Shown here: positions 44,186 through 58,009 of the stretch, in pieces
How positions within the stretch are numbered: the stretch's first letter is position 1
Layout: every line of letters starts with the position of its first letter
From: Octopus vulgaris
Taxonomy: Eukaryota
Reading direction: 5' to 3'
Length of the DNA: 64,000 nt
Assembly: GCA_951406725.2 (NCBI GenBank)
Contig: OX597831.1
Location: 64,976,001 to 65,040,000 of the forward strand
The notes under the pieces: model-generated
Databases searched by the model: none
Told to the model about the DNA's origin: nothing
What the model saw: only the letters and a program-made list of their open reading frames with translations
Program-made: the position numbers and the translations under genes

Positions 44186-44603
44186 GGATCTTTTCGGTTT
44201 GAACGGCAGTTTTTTCTAGCTGTGTCATATGAAATTGTCACCCATAATTATGACCCTAGTATCGATCTATTGCATTTCAATCTGTTTTAGGGTTAGGGTT
44301 AGGGGTGGGGGGAAGGATATCTTTTTTTTCTTCACAAATGTAAATAAACCCAATCTGTTTCTTAAACGAGGGACATATTCATACGGCACAGAATGTTTTC
44401 ACCTCAATGGACGTCATTGATTGGTTGAAATTGTAGACATTGAAGAAAAAAAACAACAAATATCTTACAAACTATAGAATTTTCTCAATAAAGCCAAGAG
44501 AAAAAGATGTTTTATAAACACATTCTACCAGTATACGAAGTTTAAAAGTGTTTAGTTACGTGGAAATTATTTTTTAAAACTGCCGTTCAAACCGAAAAGT
44601 TCC
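44186..44603 (-). mobile_element. MITE copy 6
   Basis: TIRs; 8-bp TSD GATTCCTC. Confidence 0.95.
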
Positions 44604-45844
44604 GATTCCTCTTTTAGCAGAGGAGTTAAGAAGATACGACATTGATATTACTGCATTTTCAGAAACACATCTTGCTAACGAAGGCCAGATTACCAAAATC
44701 AGTGCAAGTTGTACAGACTTTTGGGAAGGGAAAGCAGGGAAAGAGAAGGGAATGGGTAGTGTAGGATATGCAATGAGGACCAAGTTAGTCGAGAAGCTCG
44801 AAAAATGGTCTTTTTGGCACATTAGATAGAATAACAAGCCTTCGACTACAATTGACGAAAAAAGACACGTCACTATGGTCAGTGTATATGCTTCCACAAT
44901 GACACAATCGGAGGATGGTATTTTACTGTTCCATGCTGATCTGAGGAATTTGTAATTTGATTCTCACAAGGGTAACAAGATATTTCTAATGGGAACATTA
45001 GAAATTAGAGCTGAACATGATATTTGGCACTGCCTACAAAAGACACGGTCTTGGTGAAACCAACATCAATGGATTACAGTTGCAATGAATACAACTTGGC
45101 TATCAGCAACACTTTCTATCGTCAAAAAAGCAAGAACAAAGGGGCATGGATGCACCCACATTCAAAGCACTGGCTTACGAGTGACTTTATCATCACTAGA
45201 AAGCATGATCTACAAGGTAGGTAAACAGTGGAAGTCATGAGAGATGCTGGGTGCTGGAATGATCATCGATTTATCCGAATCAACTGTAGGCTGAAGATAT
45301 GCTCTAAGTTTCAGCGCATGCAAAAAGCTTGATGTGAGCAAACTCTAGTGAAGAGAATCTGAAAATTCTTGATATCAGTCGTTGACAGTCTGGAACTTTT
45401 TAACTTGGTGAATTTATGGGGGGATTTCGAGAAAAAATATTTAACACATCTAAGGAAACACTGAGCATTAGAAAACGGCAACACCAAGACTGATTCGATG
45501 AGAATGAAAAGATTTGCAGCTCGCTGGAAGAAGATCAAAGACTACGTGAAAGGACATTTCTGAATATATCTTCAATGGATAAGAATAAAGCAATCGAACT
45601 ATTAAGGAAGATGAAAGGTGAAGTCTAAAGGCGTTTGCGTAGCATCCTGGATATTTGGTGGGAATAAAAGGCTCAACCTTTCAAAGGGCATCAGATGCTA
45701 GAGATTCTAAGGCAATGTAGCAATTGCAGAAAGAAGTCTATGGTCCATAAGAGTCACCGTTTGCTCCTGTTAAGGTCGAAGATTGAAATAAAATACAAGC
45801 TAGATGGGGGAAGCACTGTAGCGGGCTACTGAATAGGATAATAT

Positions 45845-46063
45845 ATTTCTTTACTGCCCAGAAGGGGCTAAACATAGAGGGGACAAACAAGGACAGACGA
45901 AGGGATTGAATCGATTATATCGCCCCCAGTGCGAAACTGGTACTTTATTTATCAACCCCGAAAGGATGAAAGGCAAAGTTGACCTTGGCGGAATTTGAAC
46001 TCAGAACGTAACGACAGACGAAATACTGCTAAGCATTTCGCCCGGCGCGCTAACGTGTCTGCC
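45845..46063 (-). mobile_element. SINE family B
   Basis: Near-full copy. Confidence 0.88.
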
Positions 46064-46811
46064 ATCTGTACTACTCGATATTCAGCAGCTGCTCTTTAAG
46101 GAATGTTTAGATGACGGCCCAAATCAAGAAGTCAACAAAGCCATAGCACAAATGAAGAACGGAAAATAAGGCATCGATGAAATACCTGAAATGTGGGGTG
46201 GATAAGCTGAAAAGTATGCTGTGAGATTAACTTCTCATGCATGGAACTCATCAACATCTCAAAACTGGAGAGACGTAAGCATGGTATCCCTGCTTAAGAA
46301 CGGTGCGAAATCTGAGTGTGGAAATTTACGCAGCATCGCGCTGCTCTCTGTGGTGGGCAGTTTTCGCAAGAGTTCTGCCGAACAGATTGATTTCAGCAGT
46401 GGCAAATGACATTCTTCTAGAAGCGCAATATGTTTATAGAGCACAAAGAGGAATAACTGTCGACATAATATTTTCTACACGACAAATTCAGGAAAAGTGT
46501 GTTGAGCAGAATCTTGACTTGTATCGATGCTTTATTGGTCTCACCAAGACATTTCACAGAGTCAACAGATCAACGCTATGGAAGTTTGGTTGTCGTAACA
46601 AATTCACTGACCAGATACAATCTTGGTCGCACTGTCATTTCTTATCACACACGAACTTCTCCGCTGGGATATTTACCCTCCGACTGCACCTCTCCCACCT
46701 ACGGATCACTGTGGACTCTACTCTTGATGAAGAATCCTTGCAATACACCTAGACGTCAAAAAACCTTCGAACTTTACGTAAAACTGTTATTATTATCATT
46801 ACTTTAGATCG

Positions 46812-46994
46812 TTACACACATTTTTTCTCTCCCTGTTTCTCTCCTCGTCTTTTTTCCCTGTGTCCCTTTGTGTAGAAGAGCGTAGGCTTGAAACGTAAAA
46901 GACTTTTTATATTCCTGAGCGTTATACTAATACATCCGTTTGTTTTGTACACCACCTGTCTTCGTCTTTTGTTATTTTTTTCGTAAACTCTCCC

Positions 46995-46996
<2 letters not shown>
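46812..46996 (+). mobile_element. Penelope-like terminal fragment ending in (TA)n
   Basis: Near-identical to 58010-58190 and to the reverse complement of 1268-1435. Confidence 0.65.
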
Positions 46997-47049
<53 letters not shown>

Positions 47050-47222
47050 AGCACTAACCGCAGTGAATTATTTACTGCAGTTCTTCGCTTCAGGAATTTT
47101 TTAGCGCGCCGGAACTAAGACATTTGAAATTTTATCCCTAATGTAATAGGTAAAACTAAGCACGTGTCTGTCTTGGCACAGAAAGCTGGGGTTAGTTTTG
47201 TAAATTGCATTTACACTGAACG

Positions 47223-47299
47223 ATTGTACTGATGAGGCCACGGACATTTGAATTATGTAAGTAATTCTTTTGTTAAAGGCCGAAACCGAGGTATGCAAT
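47223..47299 (+). ncRNA. Type I hammerhead ribozyme with canonical core
   Basis: Stem I ATTGTA/TGCAAT, CTGATGA, stem II GGCC/GGCC with extended GAATTA/TAATTC hairpin, GAAA, stem III CC-GA-GG, GTA cleavage triplet; lies in a 47048-47562 insert flanked by (TA)n. Confidence 0.85.
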
Positions 47300-47764
47300 T
47301 AATTCTGTTTTTTATATAAATTTTCATCTGTCCTGCCCGCCAAATTTGGTTCTGGTGTTCGCTGAATTTTTCCTCTAGAGAACTTTCTTTGTAGTTTGAT
47401 CGTTGATTATCTATTTCTAGCATACGGCCGACTACCTAGCAGTCTTGCCCTGCCAATATACATATTATTAGAATTTTCTCTGATTTCTCAGATTTTATGT
47501 ATGCTAGACTACTGGTTTTAAATTGATATTAAAATTAATATTAATTTATCTCCCTCATTACTTATATATATATATATATATATTAATACTGGTTTCAAAT
47601 TTTGGCACAAGGCCAGCACTTTCGGGGAGAGGATGTCGAATACATCGCCCCAGAACTGATGGCCTTGTGCCAAGATGTAAAATCAATATTAATATCAACG
47701 TAAGACGGCAAGCTGGCAGGGTCGTTAGCACGCCGGGCAAAATGCTTAGCGGTGCTGAGTTCAA

Positions 47765-48325
47765 ATGATTATCATCAGCTCTGCTGTGCCATAAGCAAAG
47801 GAAACATGAGTACTTTGTGCACCTCCCTTGCAAGCCAAGCAAGAAGGCAAGCATCTTGAAATCACCACAAACATCCCACTTGAACTCAGCGTAATTTATT
47901 TTGTCGAGAAGTTTTTTGACATTATCGTAATTTTCTTTCTTCTGTATGGAGCTAGCAAGAGACAAAGAAGGATATTTATTTCCATTGTGGAGCAACGCTG
48001 CTTTGAGACTTCGTGTTGAGCTATCTATGAACAGTCGCCATTCTACAGAATCATGCTTGAGTCCAATAGCAGTAAACAAACCAATCACATCTTTACAATA
48101 ACACAGATCATTAATATTTTCATTGTAAATTTCAAATTCTTCATGGCTTTTCCGGTACAAAGATGTCTTGCGGTCTTCCCCTAGTAGATTCCATTCCTTC
48201 AACCTTGATGAAAGTAGTTCAGCTCCTGACTTAGTAAGACCCACATCTCTGATCAAATCATCTAGCTCACTCTGATTTGCAAAGTGAAGATCTGAAGTCG
48301 TTCTTGGTACGAAAGCTTCCTCCAT
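47765..48325 (-). mobile_element. Chapaev3-like DNA transposase fragment
   Basis: DLIRDVGLTKSGAELLSSRLKEWNLL, EWRLFIDSSTRSLKAALLHNGNKYPS, VCGDFKMLAFLLGLQG.CTKYSCFLCLW; flanked by SINE B pieces. Confidence 0.75.
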
Positions 48326-48555
48326 TCAAGTACTGGGAGTTGATGTGATCGATTGCCCCCCTCCCCACAAAACTCCAGGCCTTGTGCCTATTAGCGGTAT
48401 TTCGCCCGTCTTTATGTTCTGAATTCAGATTCCGCCAACGTCGACTTTGCCTTTCATCCTTTCGGAGTCTATAAATTAAGTACCAGTTGCGTACTGCGGT
48501 CGATGTAATCGACTAGTGCCCTCCCCCAAATTTCTGCCTATAGCAGAAAGGTATA

Positions 48556-49063
<508 letters not shown>

Positions 49064-49065
<2 letters not shown>

Positions 49066-49297
49066 TATGTTTGACTTTTTCTTTACATTTGTACATGTTG
49101 GCTCCAAGTCTCAACCAGAGACCTCAAGAGAAAACAAGCTGGAAGTTCATGTTGGTGTTATGCCTAGGGTGCCATATATTTGGTTTTGTACTTAGTGTTG
49201 TACTAGTGAATGTCTAAAAAAACCATACGAAAATTAGGTTTGTTTTAAAACTTGAGATTACATAGAAAGTATTTTGCGTAGGATATGAGCAGTTCCC
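49064..49297 (-). mobile_element. R4/Dong-like LINE 3' end between two ATT arrays
   Basis: Homologous to 4062-4242; minus-strand ORF end resembling GTAHILRK. Confidence 0.6.
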
Positions 49298-49412
<115 letters not shown>

Positions 49413-50144
49413 TGTTGTTGTTGTAATGAGTGCATGTATTTGTTAGCTTGCTGTCAGTAGTTTTTCGTAATTAACGTACACATGATTGTATATCTATTAT
49501 GATGCTGTAGGCCTATATTCTATGTGATTACTGTAATTTAATTGAATAGTATTAATTGCCGTCACTTCCTGTAATGTTTTATTTCATAATTCGTAACAAA
49601 ATCTTCTTTTATTTTTTTCATATTTTTATGAAATAAAATTAAACTTTATTGTCTCACAGCCAACTCCCTTTTTTATGAGCTTTGTCTTGTTGACCCCTGC
49701 AGTCTGTTCCCATTGCATTCATCGGGATGACCTTTATTGTAGAGACGCCCTGTCATTTTTAAATGCCCTGTCTGCTTTGGTATCGTGGTACTAAAGCAAA
49801 CAGAACGTCCACAATATTAAATATTCTGGTTCACTCTACACGTCTCTCTTCAAAATTTAATCAGACTGCCTCATCAAGACTGTTTCAAAATAGCAACGAA
49901 AAGTAGCTTTGCAAAGGTGGCGGTGTGGCTGTGTGGTAAGAAGCTTGCTTTCCAACTAAATGGTTCCGGGGTGCCTAATTAAGTTAGAATCGTGCAACAA
50001 TTTAAAATAAAACTTTAAAAAATGAAATTTCACAAGAAAGAATTTCTTTTATCAGCATAATTAAACTGAAAGGCATAAGTAAATTCATTGATATATAATT
50101 TTATGTATCGATTAAACCGAAATTTTGATATATATATTTCTGCT

Positions 50145-50453
50145 GTAGAGGCGCAATGGCCCAGTGGTTAGGGTAGCGGACTCGCGATCGGAGGATCGCA
50201 GTTTCGATTCCCAGACCGGGCGTTGTGTGTGTTTATTGAGCGAAAACACCTAAAGCTCCACGAGGCTCCGGCAGTGGGTGGTGGCGACCCCTGTTGTACT
50301 CTTTCGCCACAACTTTCTCTCACTCTTTCTTCTGTTTGCCTGCTCGCTTAACCAGCGGGGTGGCGTCATTTGAAGGCTAAAACAATGCGAAGTGCATTGT
50401 GACCAGCGATGTGTAGCAACATCTGATAGCCTGGTCGGTCACGTGATCACGTG
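50145..50453 (+). mobile_element. SINE family C head with tail type 3
   Basis: Same head; tail ends CACGTGATCACGTG; 11-bp TSD ATATTTCTGCT. Confidence 0.9.
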
Positions 50454-51011
50454 ATATTTCTGCTAGCTTTTGGTAGAGCTGTTGTATTGGATTACTTCAT
50501 CGGAGCCATTTTCATCATTCCCTATGGCTTGTCCTACTCTTCGATATTGAAAATTATTCGACTCCAAGTGCGTCCAGTCATTTGGACACAAACAAACGCC
50601 TAGCATGCCCGTATAGATTTTCGGTAAGACAAATATTGGGTCTTTTACCAATAATAATTATTGTGACCGATACCAACCACTAATATTGATTATTTGCATC
50701 TTTTTTTTTCCAATTCATGAAACAGGCATCTTTAAGAATGGAATTATTTATTACCATCTAATTGTAAGTGTATCTACTTACAGTTTTAATTCTTTGCACC
50801 TGTTATTTAGGAATTTTAACTTTACCATTATCACTGCACGTAAATATACATTACGCTAGCTGTTTCTCAATGATATTTCGATATATATATATGCCGAAAT
50901 TACGAGGATGATCCGGTTCTTGACTGAAGATTGAAGGCTTCGAATGTCCCGTCCGTGTTTTTTGTATCGTCTTCTAAATGTTTAGCTTTCTTGTCCCAGT
51001 TTGTATTTTTT

Positions 51012-51066
<55 letters not shown>

Positions 51067-51169
51067 CGTACGTACCCTTTGTCTTATATATATATATGTG
51101 TGTGTGTGTTGTTTAAATTTGTTGCTAACTATTATGAACATTTCTATCTGAGGTTAATTAAATTTAATC

Positions 51170-52190
51170 ATTTTCTTTCGCTGTTGCGTTGCTGGATCTT
51201 TTTGAAGTTGATCGTGAAATTCTTTTGTCATTGCCTTATTGAGCTCACTAATCCAAGTTTGAGAAGATTCTTTAATTCTATCCATAAGCCTCTGCCACCT
51301 CAATCTGTGTTGTATCCCAAGCTCTTCCGTGTATCCTGCTTCTCCCCCCTACTGCATATTTGTGCTCTAAGTACAAAGGTGTTCTGTCCTGCGGTCAATT
51401 GTCTGCTTTCCACTGCCACGGCTGCTACTCTAAAAACCAAACACCGTCGAGAGAAATTCAAAACAATGAGATACTCCATCTCAGCCAATTGTGACCGGGT
51501 AAGGTAGCTGGTTGGGTACTTGAAATGACAATGCCAAGAAACTTGCAGAAGTTACAATAATTGTAGAAAGTTTTGAGGGCGAGAGTATTTTGGTGCAGAG
51601 AGCGGGTAAAGCTGTGCAAAATCCTGAGATTAGGATTATCCTCACCCAAATCTGTTCAAAATATCGACAGTCAAAAGAGTTGATTTTGAAAGCTGAGTCA
51701 ACTGTCTTCACCGTAAATGATGCTCACAAAAGTTTCAAAGAACTGAGATTCAATGAAGACCCATGTTGCATCATGAATTACATTGATTTTAGATTCAATA
51801 AAAACCAAATTAATTTGGGAATGTACTTGCATAGTGAGTGACTTGATCTGAGATTGTGTGCTGGAACGTGATAATTCGACTAATGAACCACAGACTTACA
51901 CCTGCGGAATATGCAGATCTGGTGCAATCTCATGCGACATCCTCTGCTGTAGAATGCAGTTTTTCGACGTTGAAGAAATCCTTGCAAAAGACGAATTCTT
52001 TGCCTACAAATACAAAGCATTATATCATATTGTACTATAATAAATTTCCACAATAGTTATGTCTTTAAATTGTTTTGATAATTCTCGTAAATCAAAACTA
52101 GAGTGAACTCTCGAATGTTTATAGATTTATAATAAGGTTAAAATAAGGTTAAAAGCTGTCAGTAAGGTTAAAAATAAGGTTAAAATCAAG
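51170..52190 (+). mobile_element. Decayed hAT-like transposase C-terminal half
   Basis: RWG.W-like remnant near 51490-51520 and dimerisation-domain-like ATSSAVECSFSTLKKSL; TAAGGTTAAAA repeats at 52131-52185. Confidence 0.6.
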
Positions 52191-52214
52191 TAATTATAAA
52201 ATTACGCACATTCA

Positions 52215-52249
<35 letters not shown>

Positions 52250-52601
52250 ATATACTAAAGTTTATATGCCAACAGAATGTGGCAGTCCTATATAAAGGAC
52301 GATGTGACTGTTGTTTTAGCCCCAGGAAAACATCTTTTCCAACTGGCCATCGACACACAGTCTGTATCCGTATAGCATTTGCAAGGGAGGTCATCGCTCC
52401 CATCTCTAGCCTTACGTGATACTCACTTAGGCCTTAGAAGTGAAGAAGCTCGAAAGGGCCGTGTAACTCCTAACAGGATTTCCACTCCTAATTTATACGC
52501 ACGAACGTATAAATTCGGAATGGGGAAAAAAACAATACCCTTTGGATCAAAATAAAGGACTGCTTTTGCAAAAGGATGATATAATGAGAAATAAATATAT
52601 A

Positions 52602-52766
52602 GGCGCAGGAGTGGTTGTGTGGTAAGTAGCTTGCTTACCAACCACATGGTTCCGGATTCAGTCCCACTGCGTGGCATCTTGGGCAAGTGTCTTCCACTAT
52701 AACCTCGGGCCGACCAAAGCCTTGTGAGTGGATTTGGTAGATGGAAACTGAATGAAGCCCGTCGTA

Positions 52767-52823
<57 letters not shown>

Positions 52824-53040
52824 TTGTGTGTCTGTGTTTGTCCCCCCCCCCCAACATCGCTTGACAACCGATGCTGGTGTGTTTACGTCCCCGTAACTTA
52901 GCGGTTCGGCAAAAGAGATCGATAGAATAAGTACTAGGCTTACAAAGAATAAGTCCTGGGGTCGATTTTACTCGACAAAAGGCGGTGCTCCAGCATGACC
53001 GCAGTCAAAATGACTGAAACAAGTAAAAGAGTAAAGAGTA
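52602..53040 (+). mobile_element. SINE family A
   Basis: Full copy. Confidence 0.92.
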
Positions 53041-53623
53041 AATGTAAAATTTGGAGAAACGCTAATTATGTAAATCTTTCTGCAGAAAGAGAAGCACAAG
53101 TCACTAGAAATATAAACTGGCTGATGAGGGGTTTTTCCTCTCTTATGATACCCCAAAATGCTACAGCAGCAATCGACATATCACAAAACTGTCAATTGCT
53201 ATGTCGGGAAGTGGCCTTCAGAAAAACTAAGCAGATACTTCTCAGGAGACAATCTCCTCCTTCCAGTAACACAAGGGCTTCCTGAATTCCTCAAGATTCT
53301 GCTCTTACAGGACCTTTTAGGAGCACATTTATATTACTGCCTTCAGAAATCTAATTCAGTACTTTAAGTTACACCATTCGGAGCTGGCAAAAATATGGCT
53401 CATTTTCGATTCCATATAATGTATAAATTTCAGGAATGGTGCTGCCGTCCAACCCTGCGTTTTGTTATGATATGGGGTGTTTTGTTACCCCATAATTTCT
53501 CATCTGACTCAGTGAGAGTGTCCAGCACGCGGTGTGGTGCAGTTGTAGCTTACTTGTCGTGGAGGGCAGACGTCACTTTGTCTTCAACCAGTAGTGTATC
53601 GGTAATAGCTATATAATGAACTC

Positions 53624-54003
53624 TCTCTTTACTCTTTTACTCTTTTACTTGTTTCAGTCATTTGACTGCGGCCATGCTGGAGCACCGCCTTTAGTGGAGC
53701 AAATCAACCCCGGGACTTATTCTTTGTAAGCCCTGTACTTATTCTATCCATCATTTTTGCCGAACCGCTAAGTGACGGGGATGTAAACACACCAGCATCG
53801 GTTGTCAAGCAATGCTAGGGGGACAAACACACACACATACATACACACATATATATATATATACATATATACGACAGGCTTCTTTCAGTTTCCGTCTACC
53901 AAATCCACTCACAAGGCATTGGTCGGCCTGGGGCTTTAGCAGAAGACACTTGCCCAAGATGCCACGCAATGGGACTGAACCCAGAACCATGTGGTTGGTT
54001 AGC
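53624..54003 (-). mobile_element. SINE family A (5' truncated)
   Basis: Matches family A from within the head to the tail. Confidence 0.9.
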
Positions 54004-54663
54004 CAATTGATTTTTCTTTCCATTTGTGGCTATTTTTGATAAATAAACCTTCTCTCTGTTATTATATTGGTGAGTTTCGCCTACTTTTGACAACATATGC
54101 AACAAATTTATTATAATTTATTATAATTTTTATTTCAATGAATAATTATATCTTCAGTTCGAGTTTTAATTTAATATATATTGTAACGCAGATTGTCTGT
54201 AATTTTTTTTCCAGCAGTATAACAGTATTTCACATAATTCTAACACTATCAGCATTTTTGTCTTGTGGTGTATGACCATCCCAGTGGATTATCTATTCTT
54301 GGAAGTCTGAAGTGACTAACGCAAGATTAATAGTACTACTTGAGAAGCCTCACAAAGTTGTGCAGGTTTCATTTCTGGACGATAATGAAACAGAGGTTCG
54401 ATAATGATTCATCAATATCGATGGCAGATTAATGCTGTATATCCTCTTGAAGTTAGAGGAAATGCTTCACAAAAATCATCCGTACTAAAATATGGAGCAC
54501 GTGAGCCACAAGAGAAATCGCAAAATCATCATCAAAGCAGACAAACTTGCAGCTGCTGAACATGAACAGAAATACAACACACTTGTCATCGTTAAAACTG
54601 CTATCAGAATAGTTGATGGGCAACAAGAATGACGTGACATTGTTGTGCAAAAAAATAAGTATT

Positions 54664-54973
54664 GGAGGCACATGGCCTTGTGGTTAGAGCAGCGGACTCG
54701 CGGTCGAGGGATCGCGGGTTCGAATCTCAGACCGGACAATGTGTGTGTTTATGAGCGAAACATCTAAGCTCCACGCAGCTCTGGCAGAAGGTAATGGCGA
54801 GCTTCTGCTGACTCTTTCGCTACAACTTTCTCTCACTCTTTCCTTCTGCATCTTACAGCTCACCTGCGACGGACCGGCGTCCCGTCCAGGTGGGGAACCT
54901 ATACGCCAGGGAAACCGGGAAACCGGCCCTTATGAGCCAGGCATGGCTCGAGAAGGAACAAACAAAAAAAAAT
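54664..54973 (+). mobile_element. SINE family C, tail type 1
   Basis: Full copy; TSD AATAAGTATT. Confidence 0.92.
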
Positions 54974-55201
54974 AATAAGTATTCCGAGCAAGTATATTTA
55001 GCTCAAAGGACCTATATTTCACTCTAATATTGTTTCATTATTTTTTTTTCTATATGGTCAGGATGGATATTTGTTTCATTCTATGACAGATTAACTCATA
55101 AGTAAGATCATTTCTGCGATTCTAAGAGGTAACTAGCCAATTGAGACAAGAACGTTGGGCTTCCTACAAAGACAAGATAAGAGCAAATGATTATATACTT
55201 A

Positions 55202-55563
55202 CTTGTACTTGTACTTGTGGCGACATTCACCCTGGGCGGGTTGAGTCGGCTTCTTCTACTCATGGAAGAAGTCTCGTGGGAATATGTGGATTTCACAAGC
55301 GGTCTCCAACAATCCTGCATGTAGAGACATCCTGTTTGCCGCAGATTGTCCGCAGACGCAGGGACAGAACGACCGAGGAGCCGCCAGTTGCCGAAACAGA
55401 CACTCCGAGGATTTTCACCAGAGCCCCGTCTGCTGGGTTGTGGCCCTAATACCACTCGGTGTCAGACCAATCCGTCTTGGGTGGCCCTGCCAGGAACCGA
55501 AGTTCCCGACGGCATAGCTCTGACACTACCCGTTGCCAGCGTCCCCACCACGGTGAGGAGGGG
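55202..55563 (-). mobile_element. Non-autonomous RTE-derived short element without a tRNA head
   Basis: Minus-strand AGCTATGCCG...GCAGGGCCACCCAAGACGGA resembles RTE/BovB 5' regions; (ACAAGT)n tail; 15-bp TSD ATGATTATATACTTA. Confidence 0.8.
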
Positions 55564-56250
55564 ATGATTATATACTTATCTTCCAACTCAGCTGAAATGG
55601 TTTTGTCGACTTTAGGACATGATAACACCAAGAAAAGAGTAGGCAGTTACATTCACATTCGAGATGCCATCATCTCTGACGGTGACCTAAGAAATATTGG
55701 ATAGCCAATCATACTGTCATCAAGCTTCTATTTACTACAAGCATAAGACAGGATACGAACGCAAGACAAGTCTTAGAGAGGAATTTACGTTGGACAATTC
55801 ATGGGTATTCTCACACTGCAAATTGTGCGAGATTCTAAAAGCCTACATCAATGTAGAGTATTACAATTCTATCAAAGCAATGCGATATACTATAAAACAT
55901 GCTAATAGGGATAGTGACATGATTACGTTTGCAATTGAGATGGAGCTCAATGAGTGTGGATTGGATGAAATCAAACCATCAATCAGACCGTGAACTCCAT
56001 TAACAGGGCTATCTTGCGGTCTGCTAAGTAGTCCATCAAAAGAATGGGCAGAGAATGCATTTCATTTCTACCACAGCTCATCGTTTGGGGGTCTCAGGTG
56101 TTCTGCAGGCAAGATGTGCAGAACATACAAAGATACATGTGGGATACATGGATCTCTGCAAGATAATCGACACTGAAACACACTACAGGAAGCATCAGTC
56201 ACTGGAGTGACAAATCAAATGAGACAGTCGTTTGTTGATATGCTCTCAGC

Positions 56251-56480
56251 GGCGAGCTAGCAGAATCGTTAGCACGCCGGGCGAAATGCGTAGCCGTATT
56301 TCGTCTGCCGTTACGTTCTGAGTTCAAATTCCGCCGAGGTCTACTTTGCCTTTCATCCTTTCGGGGTCGATAAATTAAGTACCAGTTACGCACTGGGGTC
56401 GATGTGATCGACTTAATCTGTTTGTCTGTCCTTGTTTGTCCCCTCTGTGTGTAGCCCCCTTGTGGGCAATAATGAAACAG
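56251..56480 (+). mobile_element. SINE family B
   Basis: Full copy; TSD GATAT(G/A)CTCTCAGC. Confidence 0.92.
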
Positions 56481-56877
56481 ATATACTCTCAGCCTGTGGA
56501 ACTAACGAACGCCCATGAGTGCAAAAGCAATATATCAGAGCATTACTTAAACAAAGACAAGAGGTAGGATTGCCATTTGTAGATGAGTCGAAGCATGCCT
56601 ATTGAAAATAATAATAGGGGACTCTGATTCATTAATGCAGACACATCCTTCCTCCTCTTTGCAAAATCTTGGAAACTTGAATCGTTTCAAAAATTCGTCA
56701 AGGGCAACATATTGCCCTTATTGTGGTATCAAGTGATATTACAGCAACGTTTTTGGTTGAAAGAAGAGCCTCCCATAAGCCTCACATGATGTGAACTACC
56801 TTTGTGCAACAACAAAAAGAACTGGCGGAACTCCAGCAAAGATGTAAGTTGAGTATTTAAGGTGAAGCCACTATTGC

Positions 56878-57080
56878 TTTCAAGTTTTGGCACAACCCCA
56901 GCAATTTCAGAAGAGGGGTAAGTCGATTACATCGACCCCCCAATGCTCAACTGGTACTTATTTTCTTGCCCCCGAAAAGATGAAAGGCAAAAGTCGACCC
57001 CGTTGGAATTTGAACTCAGAATGAAAGAAATACCGCTAAGCATTTTGCCCAGTATGCTAACGATTCTGCCAGCTCGCTGT
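56878..57080 (-). mobile_element. SINE family B (alternative tail), older
   Basis: Similar to 6461-6675. Confidence 0.8.
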
Positions 57081-57950
57081 CTTAGGAGGAAGCCGCTATT
57101 AGCCACATACGGACAATTAGACTTGAATTAGACAATACAAAATCTGAAAAACAGCACACATATAATGAGACTAATGAATATGGTTCATCCTGGTGATTTA
57201 AGAGCAGCTCTTCTTGGAATTACCCGTGGGATCATTCAGATCAACACTTATCTAAAAATATCTTACCTCTCGCACCACGTCTATCGACTGGGCATTAGCA
57301 ACAAGTATGCGAGTATAATTGAATATTGAGGTTGTTGTTGAATGAATTCGCTATCTAGCTACTCCGTGAGGCAAATGAACTTCGTTAAATGGACTCCGTT
57401 GACTAAATTCAATCGTTCTTTGGCCAACTTACGAAAACAAAGCAGGGACGAATTACCGAATATTCCTGTTAGAAATCCTATTACTTAATGGCTCAAAATA
57501 TCTCATTATGCGATATATATATATTTACTTGAAGTTAATATATGTCCTCCGGTCATAGTGTGACCAATGGTTTGGCATCTACAAATCGCCAAGCTTTATA
57601 GACAAGTCGTCAGACTCTAATAATGCTTCTTTTTCGGATATGTGATCCACTGGCTGTATGCATCTATATATATATAAATGATAAAATATACAGACGGAGA
57701 GTGAACATACTACTATCAGGTTCTTAAGAATGAAATCAACCTCTCTGTCTATATATCTATCCTCTTTATGATGTTGGCAAATGAAATAGGGATAAGAATG
57801 TGCATTGTCCGTTTAATTGGAAAATTCTATATGTGGCTGAAGATTGCTCGACATTTTAAAACTGATGTAATACTTACAGTGTTTAATAAAATCAAGTAGC
57901 ATGAAACAATTGTACTACTCTACCTTGGATATACTTGTTGCTTATTTTGA

Positions 57951-58001
<51 letters not shown>

Positions 58002-58009
58002 TCGCCATG

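Larger units (their letters stand above)
44090..46620 (+). mobile_element. Decayed RTE LINE (APE endonuclease + RT), interrupted by a MITE and a SINE B
   Basis: ELRRYDIDITAFSETHL, VSVYASTM, LAISNTFY, WMHPHSKHW, CWNDHR, CGNLRSIALLSVVG, DIIFSTRQIQEKC. Confidence 0.88.
54250..56870 (+). mobile_element. Decayed Helitron Rep-helicase remnant with nested insertions
   Basis: IIIKADKLAAAEHEQKYN..RDIVV, YIHIRDAIISDG, LDNSWV..AYINVEYYNSIKAMRY..DSD..DEIK, VVSSDITATFL. Confidence 0.75.

Noticed and set aside
47558-47764. C-terminal part of the 255-aa ORF
   Set aside because: It is read-through into antisense SINE and (TA)n; only 47765-48325 is transposase-like.
54664-54735. tRNA-Arg-like gene
   Set aside because: It is the head of a SINE with body, tail and TSD, and I could not build a clean acceptor stem.
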